Source: Candidatus Helarchaeota archaeon (GTDB lineage Archaea > Asgardarchaeota > Lokiarchaeia > Helarchaeales > RDOG01). From it: 64,000 bases of DNA. Below the pieces are notes generated by a model that did no database searches, was not told the DNA's origin, and worked only from the letters and a program-made list of their open reading frames with translations. The DNA lies in the NCBI GenBank assembly GCA_019058315.1, contig JAHPZH010000002.1, positions 608,001 through 672,000 of the forward strand. Reading direction: 5' to 3'. The first letter of the stretch is position 1, and every line of letters begins with the position of its first letter. This document shows positions 12,001-23,800 of this stretch, one piece after another. The translations under genes were made by a program, and so were the position numbers.

Positions 12001-13114
12001 TATTCACTATAAATTTTATGAATCCATCAGTATTTACAGTTATATTCCAGCTTGTCCAACTTCCCGCATTTATTCGTTGAGTAGGATTTACTGAACCACC
12101 TAAAATTTCAGTAGAAATATTATAAATTCCATTGGTTGTTAAGTTTAATAAAAAATAATCAGCAGTAAATAAATTATATTGTGGTATAACCTTGATTGAA
12201 TTAGAATTATATGATTTATTGGCTAAATATTCAAAAATTTTTAATGCAAATTTAGAATTATTTCCTATTTTTATTCCAAATCCTCTATCTTTTCCAACTC
12301 CATCATCTCCATTCCAAATAAATTCACTATCTGTTACACAAACCACTCTTCCCTCCCCATATTCATATTTCGCACCTACTGTTGCATTAGGGATTGGACT
12401 TGAATAATTAGATGCATAAGCTATTGGAATTACGCCCTCTCCCATAGTTAAAGAAGCTGCTGCAAAGAAGGTTACATTATCTATATCAAAATATGAAGAA
12501 TTGAAATTTATCCAATTAGGAGTTTTATAATAATAGGAATCAGTGACACTGTCATTATTAATTGACATATTAAAATTTACTAATAATTTATTTTGAAAAG
12601 TAGCTAATCCCCATTCATTATCATGTTCACCAATAACTAAAACACCACCTCCTTGCTCTACAAACTGCATTATTAATGTTACTTCTTGGTCAGTATATGT
12701 CTGATATTTAGCTACATTCAAAACAAGAATATCATCTTCTCTCAATGATGGGATTGTTTCGTTTAAGTAATTTGTGCTTGCACTGATTCTAAAATCATTA
12801 TTCATTAACAATATTGTAAGATCTGAATATCCAATAAACCCTGTATCCCAAACGGACCAAACTTGATGGTGTGAGGTGTCAAAAACAATATTTACATCTG
12901 AAAAATTCGATGTTTGATTTAAATCTAATGAATAAATTTTATTTTTTTGATTTGGGAGTTTATTAAACCCAAGAAAGAGATTTTTATTATATGAATTAGA
13001 AAGATGATAGAAATTAATTGGCATTAATAATAAGAATAAAGTCATCGAACCTAGAATAAAAAAAAATAGTTTAGCCAAAAAATTGGATTCCCTAATTCGT
13101 AATTTTAACACCAA
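9047..13114 (-). CDS. Cell-surface protein: two GldG/IFT52 (GIFT/DUF4350)-like domains, an invasin-like Ig domain, six tandem beta repeats and a C-terminal TM anchor
   Basis: FDTSHHQ...FVEQGGGVLVIGEH...YGEGRVVCVTDSE...N..FA; ITADG; six WDD..G.Y.V..NG repeats; TM helix plus Lys/Glu-rich tail; many NxS/T sequons. Confidence 0.75.
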   Translation of the reverse strand: MVLKLRIRESNFLAKLFFFILGSMTLFLLLMPINFYHLSNSYNKNLFLGFNKLPNQKNKIYSLDLNQTSNFSDVNIVFDTSHHQVWSVWDTGFIGYSDLTILLMNNDFRISASTNYLNETIPSLREDDILVLNVAKYQTYTDQEVTLIMQFVEQGGGVLVIGEHDNEWGLATFQNKLLVNFNMSINNDSVTDSYYYKTPNWINFNSSYFDIDNVTFFAAASLTMGEGVIPIAYASNYSSPIPNATVGAKYEYGEGRVVCVTDSEFIWNGDDGVGKDRGFGIKIGNNSKFALKIFEYLANKSYNSNSIKVIPQYNLFTADYFLLNLTTNGIYNISTEILGGSVNPTQRINAGSWTSWNITVNTDGFIKFIVNNSVEFKISTVYFLKPICPIRNVLISEVNFSRRTEPILSGLYNFSKYLRNNNFSVFASEFELNTSNFDAVCIANPLQNYSNNQITNILASNRLLVLGESYTTISTKNIFNLILDAFGFNPIWNPINSVLKNYDLNLTHHLICDNTFNYRNNLIYPQIQGIIPGLEFTAFQSSVVDSTNPVLKIFAQGKSTSWGEGNSSLGYSNDAPLQYTKGDIIPTPLIIYNSSIMVIGDTDIITNERDFSPLFLFLECWLKNGNPYVDVNLTPSKNNITADGISTTNIISGKLYNKNGVELENGTLITVSTDLGNIITSDEDFATSGVQISIKNGTINFTLQSIPIIGIANISVYNLSFPVIGQTQIEFIDENPPISNHPDDVNTDLYYNAYINWTLWDDLGTGFYRVLVNGTPDSSWDVWFNNTSINYEVNKSTAGFFNYTIEFNDSFGNYGEPDLVWVNIIPDLPPQSTHPPDIITNTTGTEQIEWILWDDFIPGFYRVLINGSPDCSWTIWTNNTPIYYDINRTQFGIYNYSIEFNDSYGNKGLTDFIIVEILPDFPPTINNPLDIITNSSGDEVINWILWDDYGEGFFQVLINGTPHNNWTRWYNNTPLNYNIDRNFSGIYNYTIIYNDSFNNFGFPDTVIITIDFEPKSNSPLNITANVKGSEQIQWILWDDYGTGFYQVLLNGTPNCSWATWNNYTSIYYNISTNKSGIYNYTILFNDSHGNWGSDTVFLLVNFPPTATQLDNITSYIYGPELIHLVIRDDLGAGQYRVWINGTPSIWYTWVNNTDLNLEINRTEVGYFNFTFEYYDSYGLRGNSTTLFVLLWELIPTSNHPNNMVTIRTETSFIHWRLFDDFDEGLYCVYINGKPSEWIPWTNNTDLNVPINTDYFGDFNYTIVFYDSNGNYGVPDTVIIHIKPNIIDLYLMASSSQKSNLEYLLIYIIVIGGISVGLSLYLIKLIKKEPKKEATEVKKIHDEMRKIEKNQEKNEK
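9270..10915 (-). repeat. Six intragenic ~90-aa Ig-like tandem repeats (boundaries approximate)
   Basis: Consensus PP....P.D......I.W.LWDD.G.GFY.VL.NGTP...W..W.NNT.I.Y.I.....G..NYTI.FNDS.GN.G..D.V; the DNA motif atcatcccaaagaatcca recurs near 10000, 10270 and 10550. Confidence 0.88.
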
Positions 13115-13293
13115 TTGAATTTAATCAAATTTTACGTGATTATATTATTTCAAAATTTAGATATATTTTTCTTTCTTTTTTTAAAGGAACATCATGATTT
13201 ATCAAAACTAAAGCTAAATATTCACATTTAAGAAATAATATAATAATTTTCAATATACCCATTAAATTAAATGTCGATTTCGGTGATTTCTAT

Positions 13294-14001
13294 TTGGTAC
13301 TAGATATAGTCCAAAAAAGATGGAAAACTGCTATTAAAAAACAGTTTGGGAAAGGGTGGTTTCTAAATAAAAATAGGGTGGCATTTAAATTACGTTATAA
13401 AATGGTAAAGCAATTTTTATCCCAAAATAAACAAATAATTCTATTAGATATTGGAACTGCTGATGGTGAGATGTTATATAAACTAAATAATAACTCCCCT
13501 TTAAATATTTATTCTGTTGGTATTGAAATTTCTTCTGATTGTTTGAAATATGCTCGAATATTTTTTAATAAATCGAAAAAAAAACAAAATCTTAATTTTA
13601 TTAATGCTGACTCCGATTTTTTGCCTTTAAGAAATGAAATTTTTAATTTCATAATTGGAACCGCTTTAATCGAACACGTTCCTGATCCATATAAAACTAT
13701 CAAAGAAATTAAACGAGTTGGAATTAAAGGTTCTCGAATATTATTAACAACCCCAAATCCCTTATATCAACCATTATATAAATTATTAGCAAAATTAAAA
13801 TTAAAATATAAAGAGGGTAGATTTAACAACTTTCAAAAACTATCAAGTCTAAAGAATATATTTAAAAAATTAAAATTAAAGATTTCTTATAGTTCTGGTT
13901 TTTCGGCTATTTCTTCTATTATTGATAAAATTTTATCCAAAATTTCTTTTAGAGGATATCATATTTTAATTAATCAAGTAATAATTGGAGAAAAAAAGTA
14001 G
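13294..14001 (+). CDS. Class I SAM-dependent methyltransferase
   Basis: LLDIGTADG, GIEIS, LIEHVPDP, TTPN. Confidence 0.88.
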   Translation: MVLDIVQKRWKTAIKKQFGKGWFLNKNRVAFKLRYKMVKQFLSQNKQIILLDIGTADGEMLYKLNNNSPLNIYSVGIEISSDCLKYARIFFNKSKKKQNLNFINADSDFLPLRNEIFNFIIGTALIEHVPDPYKTIKEIKRVGIKGSRILLTTPNPLYQPLYKLLAKLKLKYKEGRFNNFQKLSSLKNIFKKLKLKISYSSGFSAISSIIDKILSKISFRGYHILINQVIIGEKK

Positions 14002-14026
14002 TAATTAACTGATTCAATAATTGAAT

Positions 14027-14512
14027 CTATTTTATAAATTCATTTAAAAAACCAACAAGTGCTTCTCTATGTTCAGGCATTATTGCACTTATTCCAATAG
14101 TTGGGAGGTCAAAAAATTTCATTGCTGCTGTGGGGTCCAGAGATTCTTCTAAATCTTGTTTATTCGCAATTACGCAGAATTCAGCATCTGGGGATAGTTC
14201 AGATAATTTATTAATTAGTTGTTTGCATGCAAGCATATTGCGAAATTTAGTAACTACAAATACAATTAAATTTGCATTTTGAACGAATGATGTATGCTTA
14301 CCTGAAGAAATTAATTCAGGTGTTGTAGATACTAATAATGCGTTATAGATATCGGTCGCAGTAGCTAATTGACCTTTTTTCATAACACTTTCAGGGATGT
14401 TCTTAGCCATAATTGGCAAACTCTTTAATTCTAACAATAAATTAATAATAGTTCTTTTCCCAACCCCTGGATTTCCGATAAAAACAACTTTTAAATTTAT
14501 TTCTTCAGACAT
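14027..14512 (-). CDS. Degenerate small Ras-superfamily GTPase-like protein
   Basis: G1 GNPGVGKRT, G4 NKQD and G5 SA present; G3 DxxG absent. Confidence 0.75.
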   Translation of the reverse strand: MSEEINLKVVFIGNPGVGKRTIINLLLELKSLPIMAKNIPESVMKKGQLATATDIYNALLVSTTPELISSGKHTSFVQNANLIVFVVTKFRNMLACKQLINKLSELSPDAEFCVIANKQDLEESLDPTAAMKFFDLPTIGISAIMPEHREALVGFLNEFIK

Positions 14513-14720
14513 TTTTTTCCCTCTTTGTTAAATTTTGATAAATAAAAAATCTAATAATCTTTGTTAAACTTTTCTTTATACCTTTTTTTTGTAAAAATAA
14601 TCTTTAAAAATCAATATTTTTGTATAATTCGAATTTTAAAATATTATCTGAATATGGTAACATGTCAACATATCCCGTCATGAAGTAGAAATATATAATC
14701 AAAAATAAGCAATTTGTAAT

Positions 14721-14779
14721 AAGAGTCGATAATTACGCCTTTACATTTTTAATAATAAGTGCGTTTCTATCGAATTCTT
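14721..14779 (+). promoter_or_regulatory. Stem-loop in the putative 5' leader of the giant gene
   Basis: AAGAG-TCGATA-att-ACGC (14721-14738) pairs with GCGT-ttc-TATCGA-a-TTCTT (14761-14779); BRE/TATA-like gaagtagaaatatataat just upstream. Confidence 0.4.
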
Positions 14780-14873
14780 TATATTTTATAATAAAATTAA
14801 TAAAAAATAAAAAAAATCTATTAAAATCTATCAATAAATAAACTAGTTTTTACTAATATACGGAGATTTTAAG

Positions 14874-17800
14874 ATGGCAAGTTTTATTCGCAAAAATTGG
14901 CTTAGAACTATTGTAATTATTGGACTTTTCGCTGCAGCTGGTGCTGCACCAACTATAATTGAACAACAAATGTTACCATTGGTCCAATTATCCGGTTTAG
15001 TTACTGATTACTATAACCCCCTTTCAGGGGATTTAAATATCGAAGATATTATTAATAATATTGTATCAATAAACGTTCTAGCAACAAGTGCTACTCAAAC
15101 TACTCTTTTAATTACGACTTATATCGTGAACCAACCTTATAATTTCTATCCAATGAAAATTCCTGCGCTAGATCTGGATTTATACTACAGGGCAGGTCGT
15201 CCATATGACAGTGAAAAGCAAATCATTCAGCAATTTAAAGCTGATCCTAATTTTGGTAGTTTAAAGGAGCCTATTTATGATCCTTTAAGCTATTCATGGG
15301 TTCGTACAATGAACATAATAATACCAAATGAAGTCAATATCCCAGTAGGAACACCTGGTCTTGTTAATGTATTGATAACAATGTATACTAATGGTCAAGA
15401 TGAGAACGCATTATCCCAAATGATTAGTACTATAATTAGAGAAGAAAAAATCCCTTCACAAAGACTTTTTGCAAGTGGAAATGTTTTCTTTATGGGAGTT
15501 CCTGTTCCTATATCCCTTGAAATCCCAGAATTCGCAATGCCTACTTCTGATGAAGAAGGTGCAGGTTTAACTGATTTGCTCTCTACATTTTTCTTAGATA
15601 TGGTTCCTGAAACAGATGATTTGGACTTTTTCCATTTAGCGGATATAAGGAATTATGATGATCAAAACAGAAATTTTTATCGTGACTGGAATGATACTAT
15701 TCTAAATGGATTAAAAGATGAAGGAGAAAATTTCACAGAGCCGCTTCTTGAAAACGGAACAATATCAGCTACTGCATTTTTAAGATTGACAGACAAATTG
15801 TCTATTGGCGGAGGGTCTGTCGAAATACCATCCTCCCCTTGGAATGTACAAGAAGGTCAAAATCAAACTACTGGTCTTCTAAATTATGGTGATTTAAGTT
15901 ATTGGGATTCAGAAAACATATTTGGTGAGACCAGATATACACCAAAAACAGAAATTGAAAATACTGTTTGGGGAACTGCTGAGCAACAACTTCTATTATA
16001 TGTTCCTGGTAGCCTCGCTGAGAGAATGAATCAGCCTAATTGGAGGAACCGTATTATAGGAGCAATTGGGTTCAATCGAAGTCAGTCAATGTCTCTAGAG
16101 AGTAGAGGCTCTTCCGTACCACTTCTTCTAAGTGCAGACATTAAAATTACAGGAGACGCCAGACCAAATGCAAATTTTACATCAGGAGATGCAATTAATA
16201 CTTTTATTCCACAACTAATAGATTATGGAAACGTTTCATTAGGAATTGTGGGAAATATAAAGGTGAAACTAGGTGAAATGCCACTTAGTTTAACTATTAA
16301 ATTAGAATTAGAACAAGATACCTCAAGTCTTTTGGGTGGAAGTTCGTCCAGTGTTGGAGCCTCGGGTCTTAGTGCCCTTCAGAATGGCGGTACAAGTACC
16401 TCAAGTATATTTGATATGATATTTGGGTATTTCAGTTTGAATAATATACTATTTAATGGGCTTGCTATGGATGTTTACAATAAAATCATGCAAGTAAACT
16501 CAACACTCGGTTTGGATTTATTCTTCCCTTACGGAATATACTTCCCTGATACCCCCGAAGAGGCAGAACAATTTCTAAGTTTGCAAGGTGGTCCAATCCA
16601 AATTTTCAATCAGTCAAAACCTGGAGAATGGGGATATTTAAATCAAACTTTTCCCTATAATAAGCCTGATGTAGTAATTAATGAGGATTTCGAAAGTTAT
16701 ACTGATGATAACGCGTGGCAAACAACTTCTCGATGGACAATTTACAATGAATCTGGTTCAGATATAACACTAGATTTATTCTCTGGAAAGTTAGGCTCCA
16801 GAGGGCTGATATATAATTCTGATGGTTCAGCAGATTGTCATATTGAAAACAGCTTTTCACAACAATTAGGTATATCCGGATTTTATTTTGATGTTAAAAT
16901 TAATACAACTCAAGGAGAATTCACCGCACTCCTACATAATAGTTCATCACCTATTATGAACTTAACAATTGATAGTCTTGGTAATATAAAAGTAAATGGA
17001 TTACAGAGTGCAAGGATTAATAATAATACAGATTCTTGGTATAGAATCTTTGTAACAACAAATTCTGATCCAATTGGGACATTTGATGTTACAATCGCTG
17101 GTATTGTAAATGAAACTCACACTGGAACAGGGGCAGAATCTCAATTCTGGCTTCCAAATATTATAACATCTGGAGATATCATCACAATTTACGCAATTAA
17201 TGAACAAGATGCTGAAGTTTCATTTGATGGTAATGATGTTAAGAACAATTTTGCTGTCAATCAGACTTTAGATAACATCTATTATGTAATGATAAATGAA
17301 TCATTTGATGGAGATGGCACAACATCAGACTTTACATTTGCTAATATAGCAAATACAACTGGAGCAACTGATGCAATAGTAGAAGTATTAATGTATAACG
17401 CTACAAATTCTACTCAAAAACAAGTCTTTACACATACAGCTGGTGTTCCTTCTGCTGGATATGAATATACGAGAAGTTCACAACAGATTTTCCTTTATAA
17501 TGCAGGAGTACTTTATAATCCGCCTATTGGATTCAAAATTAACACTACATTCTATGTAGAGGAAGATAATTATGATGCAATAACTGGCAATACAGTTCTT
17601 AGATTTCTATATAATCCCCCAGCAGACAATGCTACTGTGACTATAAGCTTTCATACAATTGATCGTCCAGTCTTTACGTATACAACATCACCAAGTACTG
17701 GATATCAATATAGATGGAATCCTACTTATAATCGAGTTGATTTATATTTAGATGGTTCTGATTATCTACTACCACTAAATTATGAACTATTCATCGATTA

Positions 17801-20800
17801 TAATTTAGGAACGGTAGTAGACGACGGCTCTTTTATTAATAATTTTATCCCAACAAACCTTACCTTAATGATGAATGATTCCTATGGACCAATATATATT
17901 GATAACGTCATGTTTAGAAATGCAAAAACCCTAGAAGAAGCCCAAAAACAATGGTACCAAGATCATTTACTATTTAATTTAACAATAGAAACAGAAACCT
18001 TAAAAGATACATTTGCAAAAATTTTATCTGAAATTGGAAGTTACAGGAATGGTATGGGTATAGCGTATCACTTTAATAGCCGTTATTTAATAGGTGCATA
18101 TGGAACACCCCAAGTTGGTTATTATAGTCAAGTTCTTGCTAATTTAAATGATCAAGCTACAGGTTATCCGATTGGTACGATGCCTACTGGAAATGACACA
18201 ATTGATGCTCAAAGAGGGTTACCATTAGCAAAGGTGCCATTTGAGATTAAATTAGATGACTTAAGACTTAATATTAAAGAAATTTTTCCACAATTCGGTG
18301 ATGGTGCCTCAAGTCTGCTTAATTCCATTGGTATTAATCCAAGTTTAATATCATACCTCAATAAATCATTAGATGATTGGGGAGTACAAACTGGTAAAGG
18401 TAGTGGTGCTGGTAATACGGGAACTCTTGCAGACCTCTTATTATTCGATTTAAACCAATTTCTAAAAATTTTATATCAAGATGGACCAGCTAATGACTTA
18501 TTTGATTTTATGATTGATCAAGGTTTTCTTAACGAAACATATTCTGCATTAAATTTAACAGCTTTAGTAGATGGTGCCTTAAATTTGCTTGGAGCCGATG
18601 ATTTAATGAGTGGTGCTACAGGTGGAGAAGATAGTGAAGACTTGTTTACAATGCTTCCAGAGTTACTACAAGCAACAAACATAAATTTTGATGACATTCT
18701 TCCAGGTCTAATTGACTATTTAATTGAAAATATGTCATATGAAAATGGTGTAAAGCTTTTTGAATTACTTGATGTTGCACTGAGCTCTACAGGAACAGAA
18801 ACCGCAGATATAGCAACTGGAATTGATGATGAAAGCTGGTTTGTTCTTTTCGATAACCTAAAAGCGTTATTAAATATTATAGATCCTATGGAGCTTGCAT
18901 ATGTCGCTATTAATAACCCATTGCCATTTGTAGACTATCTGAATAGAAGTTCAATGCTCTCAGAATATACAGTCATGCCTTTAATTGAAAGTCTATTTTC
19001 AGAAATGGAAGGAGGAGAAGAATTTGATTGGGATAAATTATTACGAAATGCAGCTGGACTTATAGAAGGACTTCTTTTTGGAGTTGATATTCCAGATGGA
19101 ATTACGCAACCATGGGAAAATAAGGGCATTAATCTTTTCGCTATGTTACAAGCACCAGAAAGTATACAAGACTATGATCCATTTAGCAATCAGACAATAA
19201 CTCTTGAAGAAGCAAGAATGGCATTAGAAAATCTCTATAATACGGGAAAAGGACTGGAAATTCAACAAGTTGGTGAAGGAAATTATATTGCAGATACTCC
19301 ACCATACGATAATTTACGAGTAGTATCAACAGAGGCTTTGGCCCTTATGTTAGCTGGTTTTACAGCTGAAGATATCTATCAGTTGTTAGCAGATCTGGGA
19401 ATTTTAGATCTGACTCAACTAGGCAGCACTGGAGGTGATGATATGTTCTCTGGAATAAATGCATTACTGCCCATTTTGGGAATGCTTGTTCCTCCAGGTG
19501 AATGGATGTCTATTCTCAGAGAAATGGGAATCTGGAGCACTTGGGATGGCGACTGGGATATGATGGTTTATGTAGATATTTGGGGAATGATCACAATTCC
19601 AATTAATGTAGCTGCTTTGATGGGAAGATTAGTTAATCTAGAAAAACTCCTTGCAACTGGTATAATGGAAATCCTCCCTGACTTTCCTATAGGTGGTGGT
19701 CAGATAGATCTTTTTAATATTCAATTAAGCCTTAATGAAAATCAAAGTTATGGGAATCCTTATTTCTACCAAACTGGGTATGACACAAGTTCAACAAGTG
19801 ATTCTCAACGAACTGGACCTTGGAGACAAAAGACGACTGGTTTAACGACTTCTTGTGATAACTGGGGTTGGGTTCCCATGGGTTGGGATCCAGGTGGTCC
19901 TCAATATGGAAGTCCTTTAAAAAATTATTCTTCAGATACAGGTGATGATTATCCGAGAAGTGTGCTCTCAAAAGTAATTTCCAATTTACCTATCTCAATT
20001 GATCTCGATATTGATGAAATCGATATTCCTAGAACTGAAATCTTACGTTTTGGCATAATTTTTGGTGACATTGTTATAGATATCGAAATGACCTTACCTA
20101 TTGATTTAGCGGTTCGATTACGAATGGAAGGAAATCCTGCTTCAATGGTAAAAGAATTGGAAACCGCAGGTATGTCACCATATGGATTCTTAACACATCT
20201 TTATCCAAATCCAAACCAATGGATATATGATATGTTTGGAGATCTAGCTGGTGGCGGAGGCGGTGGTGGAACAACTAGTAACATGGATTATTTGGATAAA
20301 ATCTTTAACAATTTGGACTTATTTGTAGATGCACTATTTACAGCTGATACTGATCTTATGCATACTATGTCATTCTTACTAGATCCCGATTTTATGAAGG
20401 GTTCAAGGTTTTACTTAGATCCAAGCTATATGGTTTGGGATATTGTAAATAATGTAACTGGTCTCGAGGAAGAAAATCCCGCAAAATATACATTATATTG
20501 GGATTACGATTATCAAGCAAATGGATATGGCAACGTAACACAAAGACCTTACTTCGGTGATGGTGATGAGGTTCCGGATGAATATCCTTGGTATCGTTTC
20601 TTCTTACCAAGTTATAACCAACTTAATCCTCATCGTGGTCCTGGTACCTATTTGCAAGCTGATATTTATCGATATCCACTGATTCTTGATCAATATACTC
20701 CCCTTGGATATCCTGGTCAAGGATATTGGCTGAATACACCAGATGGCACTCCCGATGGAGTTCAACATTATTGGTACGATACTCCATATGCTTATATCAA

Positions 20801-23800
20801 TACTACTCCAAGTGCAAGCGATCCTTGGCCAAATGTTGACCCAGATGACTGGGCTAATCCTAATGGTAATACTGGATCAGGTTATTATCAATGGACTGTG
20901 GGTGGAACAACTTATTATTGGGGTGAAAATGCCCCAGCACATCCTGATAGAGCCGATTTCCCTTATGAACAAGTTCCATTAGTTGACATTGATATGGGTG
21001 ATTGGGCTACATATGCACCATTATATTATGGATGGGCCTCAAATCCGGCACATCCGGTCTATGCATCTGGTGAAGCAAATAATAATTTTGGTACAGCTCC
21101 AGTCCATACTTCAATACAAGATACTGATAGTTATGGTTATCCCGACATCTGGGCTAGCTTTGCTTTTGCTTTGGATCAAACAGATTATAGATTCGGATAT
21201 TGGGAGAAAAATACAACTGCGCATAGTGTAGATAACACACCTTATGACTACTTAAACTGTCTACCTTTCTGGACTTTATTAAGTTTAGGTGTTACACCAC
21301 ATTTAAGTGGTGCAATAGATTTCTTCGATATTCCTGGTATGATGACTGATGTAGCTCAAGTTGCTACAGCTAATCTTGGTTCTGATTATTGGCATAAATC
21401 GGAATATAATAGGACTTATAGATGGTTTGAACCACACTGGGATTATATTGATAACAAAGGTTTTGCATATGAAGATAATGTATCATTAGGAGTTGATGGT
21501 CTGGTTACCATGAATGGAGCAGCAACAGCCTTTACTTCATATGGAAATCCGGTATGGACTGATTATGGAAATGGAACTGTTAAGGTCTGGAATAATATTG
21601 AATATTATGGAGATCTTTATGACGTAGATTTAAATCCATTTGGTTTGCTTCAATGGATCTGGGATGGAGCATCGGATGTTTTCAAATTGAATGATACTGG
21701 AGGAATACCTAAATATGAGTCATATATGACGAAATACCTCGCACCTTATTCAACACCTAACTTAAAGGGAGCTTTAGAATGGTTAGCTGATAAAGGTTTT
21801 ACAATTGATCACATATTGAATATCCTACCAACACTTATTGAAGATTTAAGTTCTTCTGCTGCTGGATCAACAGATATGCTAACAGACATGCTTGGTACTG
21901 AAACAATAGTAAATTTTATCAAATCAATGGAAGATTATTATAGAAGAGTTCCTGCTATAATAAATAGGACTGATTGGGCACTAAATCATGATCCAAACAG
22001 CCCAAATTACCTACTAGATATGGCCCAAAACCGAACTAGAGCAGCAGAGTTAATCCTTGAAGGATTAAGTGACTTTCCTGAGATTTTAGATATTAATCCT
22101 GCAAAAGCTGCAAGAGGAGCATTATCCTATTTAATGCCACGTGTAGCTGATATTTTTGGAACAGGTGGTGTTGGTGGTGAAGGCGGTACGGAAGAATTGT
22201 TAGACGGCTTAAACGACTTATTACACGATAGCGGTTTAGTGGACATAATTTTCGAAGATACAAGTAAAATAAGAAACCTTGCCTTAGACCTCTCAATTCA
22301 AAATACTATGTTGAATTTAACATTTATGGGTTGGAAGTTCATTGATATTCAATTAGACGATCTTGAAATTACCTTCAATTTAACCGAAATAGGAGAAGCT
22401 CTTGGTAATGAAGAAAGTGGCAATGGTGGTGGCGATTTTCCAATCGAATTACCACTTGATTTTGCGTCACCATTCCCATATATTGAGCTATCAACCTTTA
22501 ATGGACCATATGAGGTTACTTTTCAAGCATTAAATGCATCAAGTAGTCCAAATCCGGCTGAAATTGCAGGCGTTGACGTCTCATGGGGTCAAGTCTATTA
22601 TTGGGCAGATCCAGACGACCCATCTATAAATACATATTACTTCAATGTTACAATGTACGACTCTCCATTATCTGGCTGGTACAATGAGTCACTATTACCC
22701 GATATTCCACCGAACGCAAAGTTGTATATCCATAATGTATCCGATTTTGATCTTACACATACTAACGCTACTGGTCATGTCACTTTCTATGGTAATATTG
22801 GAGAAGATAATTTTGGTTGGGTTGATCCTTATGTCTATGTCCATGTCGAACCAATTGATTTACCTAACTTATTCTATTACTGGTGGAATGTAACAACAAT
22901 CTCAACTCAATTGACTTTAGGTGGTCATCAAGAAATTCAAAAGGCACGTTGGGTCACACCAAGAAGTGATGGTAAAGTTCCAAATATTGTTATACAAACT
23001 GCAACACCTTTCGACTCATACGTCACTGATATAGATAATGATGGTTTATCTGAAATCTTTGCTAGAGTCGAAATTGATAATAATACAATGTCAGATGTTC
23101 AAAAGATATTCTTTATGCCAAATGGTACTATAGATACTATAAATGTATCACATGCACTAGGATATGATATAGATCTTTGGGCTGATAGTAATATAATTCA
23201 GAATGATACTTGGGATGTCGACGGACTTGGTGGACAAACTAAATATACATTCTCTGAAGAAGTGACCCCTGATGGCTCGAATATAGTTTATCCAGTTTCG
23301 CCCAAGCTTATTACTGGAATTCAAGTAAATTCTGGTACTTGGATTGATGACTCTTTAACTAAAGCACAAATATACTATTATGATATCGAAGATGAAGATC
23401 AAGATAATCCAATCTATCTATTAAACTGGGACATAAGAGAAAATCAGTATATGGGAAGTTATGGTGGATGGGTCGAGAACTTAACTGGTAGTAACCGTTT
23501 AAGTATGATATATCCCGATACGTCTCCTACACAGCCTGAGACTTTAAGTTGGACAGTATTTGGTCAACTACAAGCAAGTGCAAACGCATCTAGAGGTGTG
23601 ACATTAGTATATGATGAAACTACTTATGGTGGTCAACAATACACTAATTTATATAGAATATGTGATTTAGATCTATTTCTCACAAATGTAACAGGCGCTA
23701 ATAGACTTAAAACACTCACTAACCTTGAACTTTGGTATTATGATTATTATGTGCCTGAAGGAGATGGCTATGGTTCAAAGAAACAATCTCTAATCTATTC

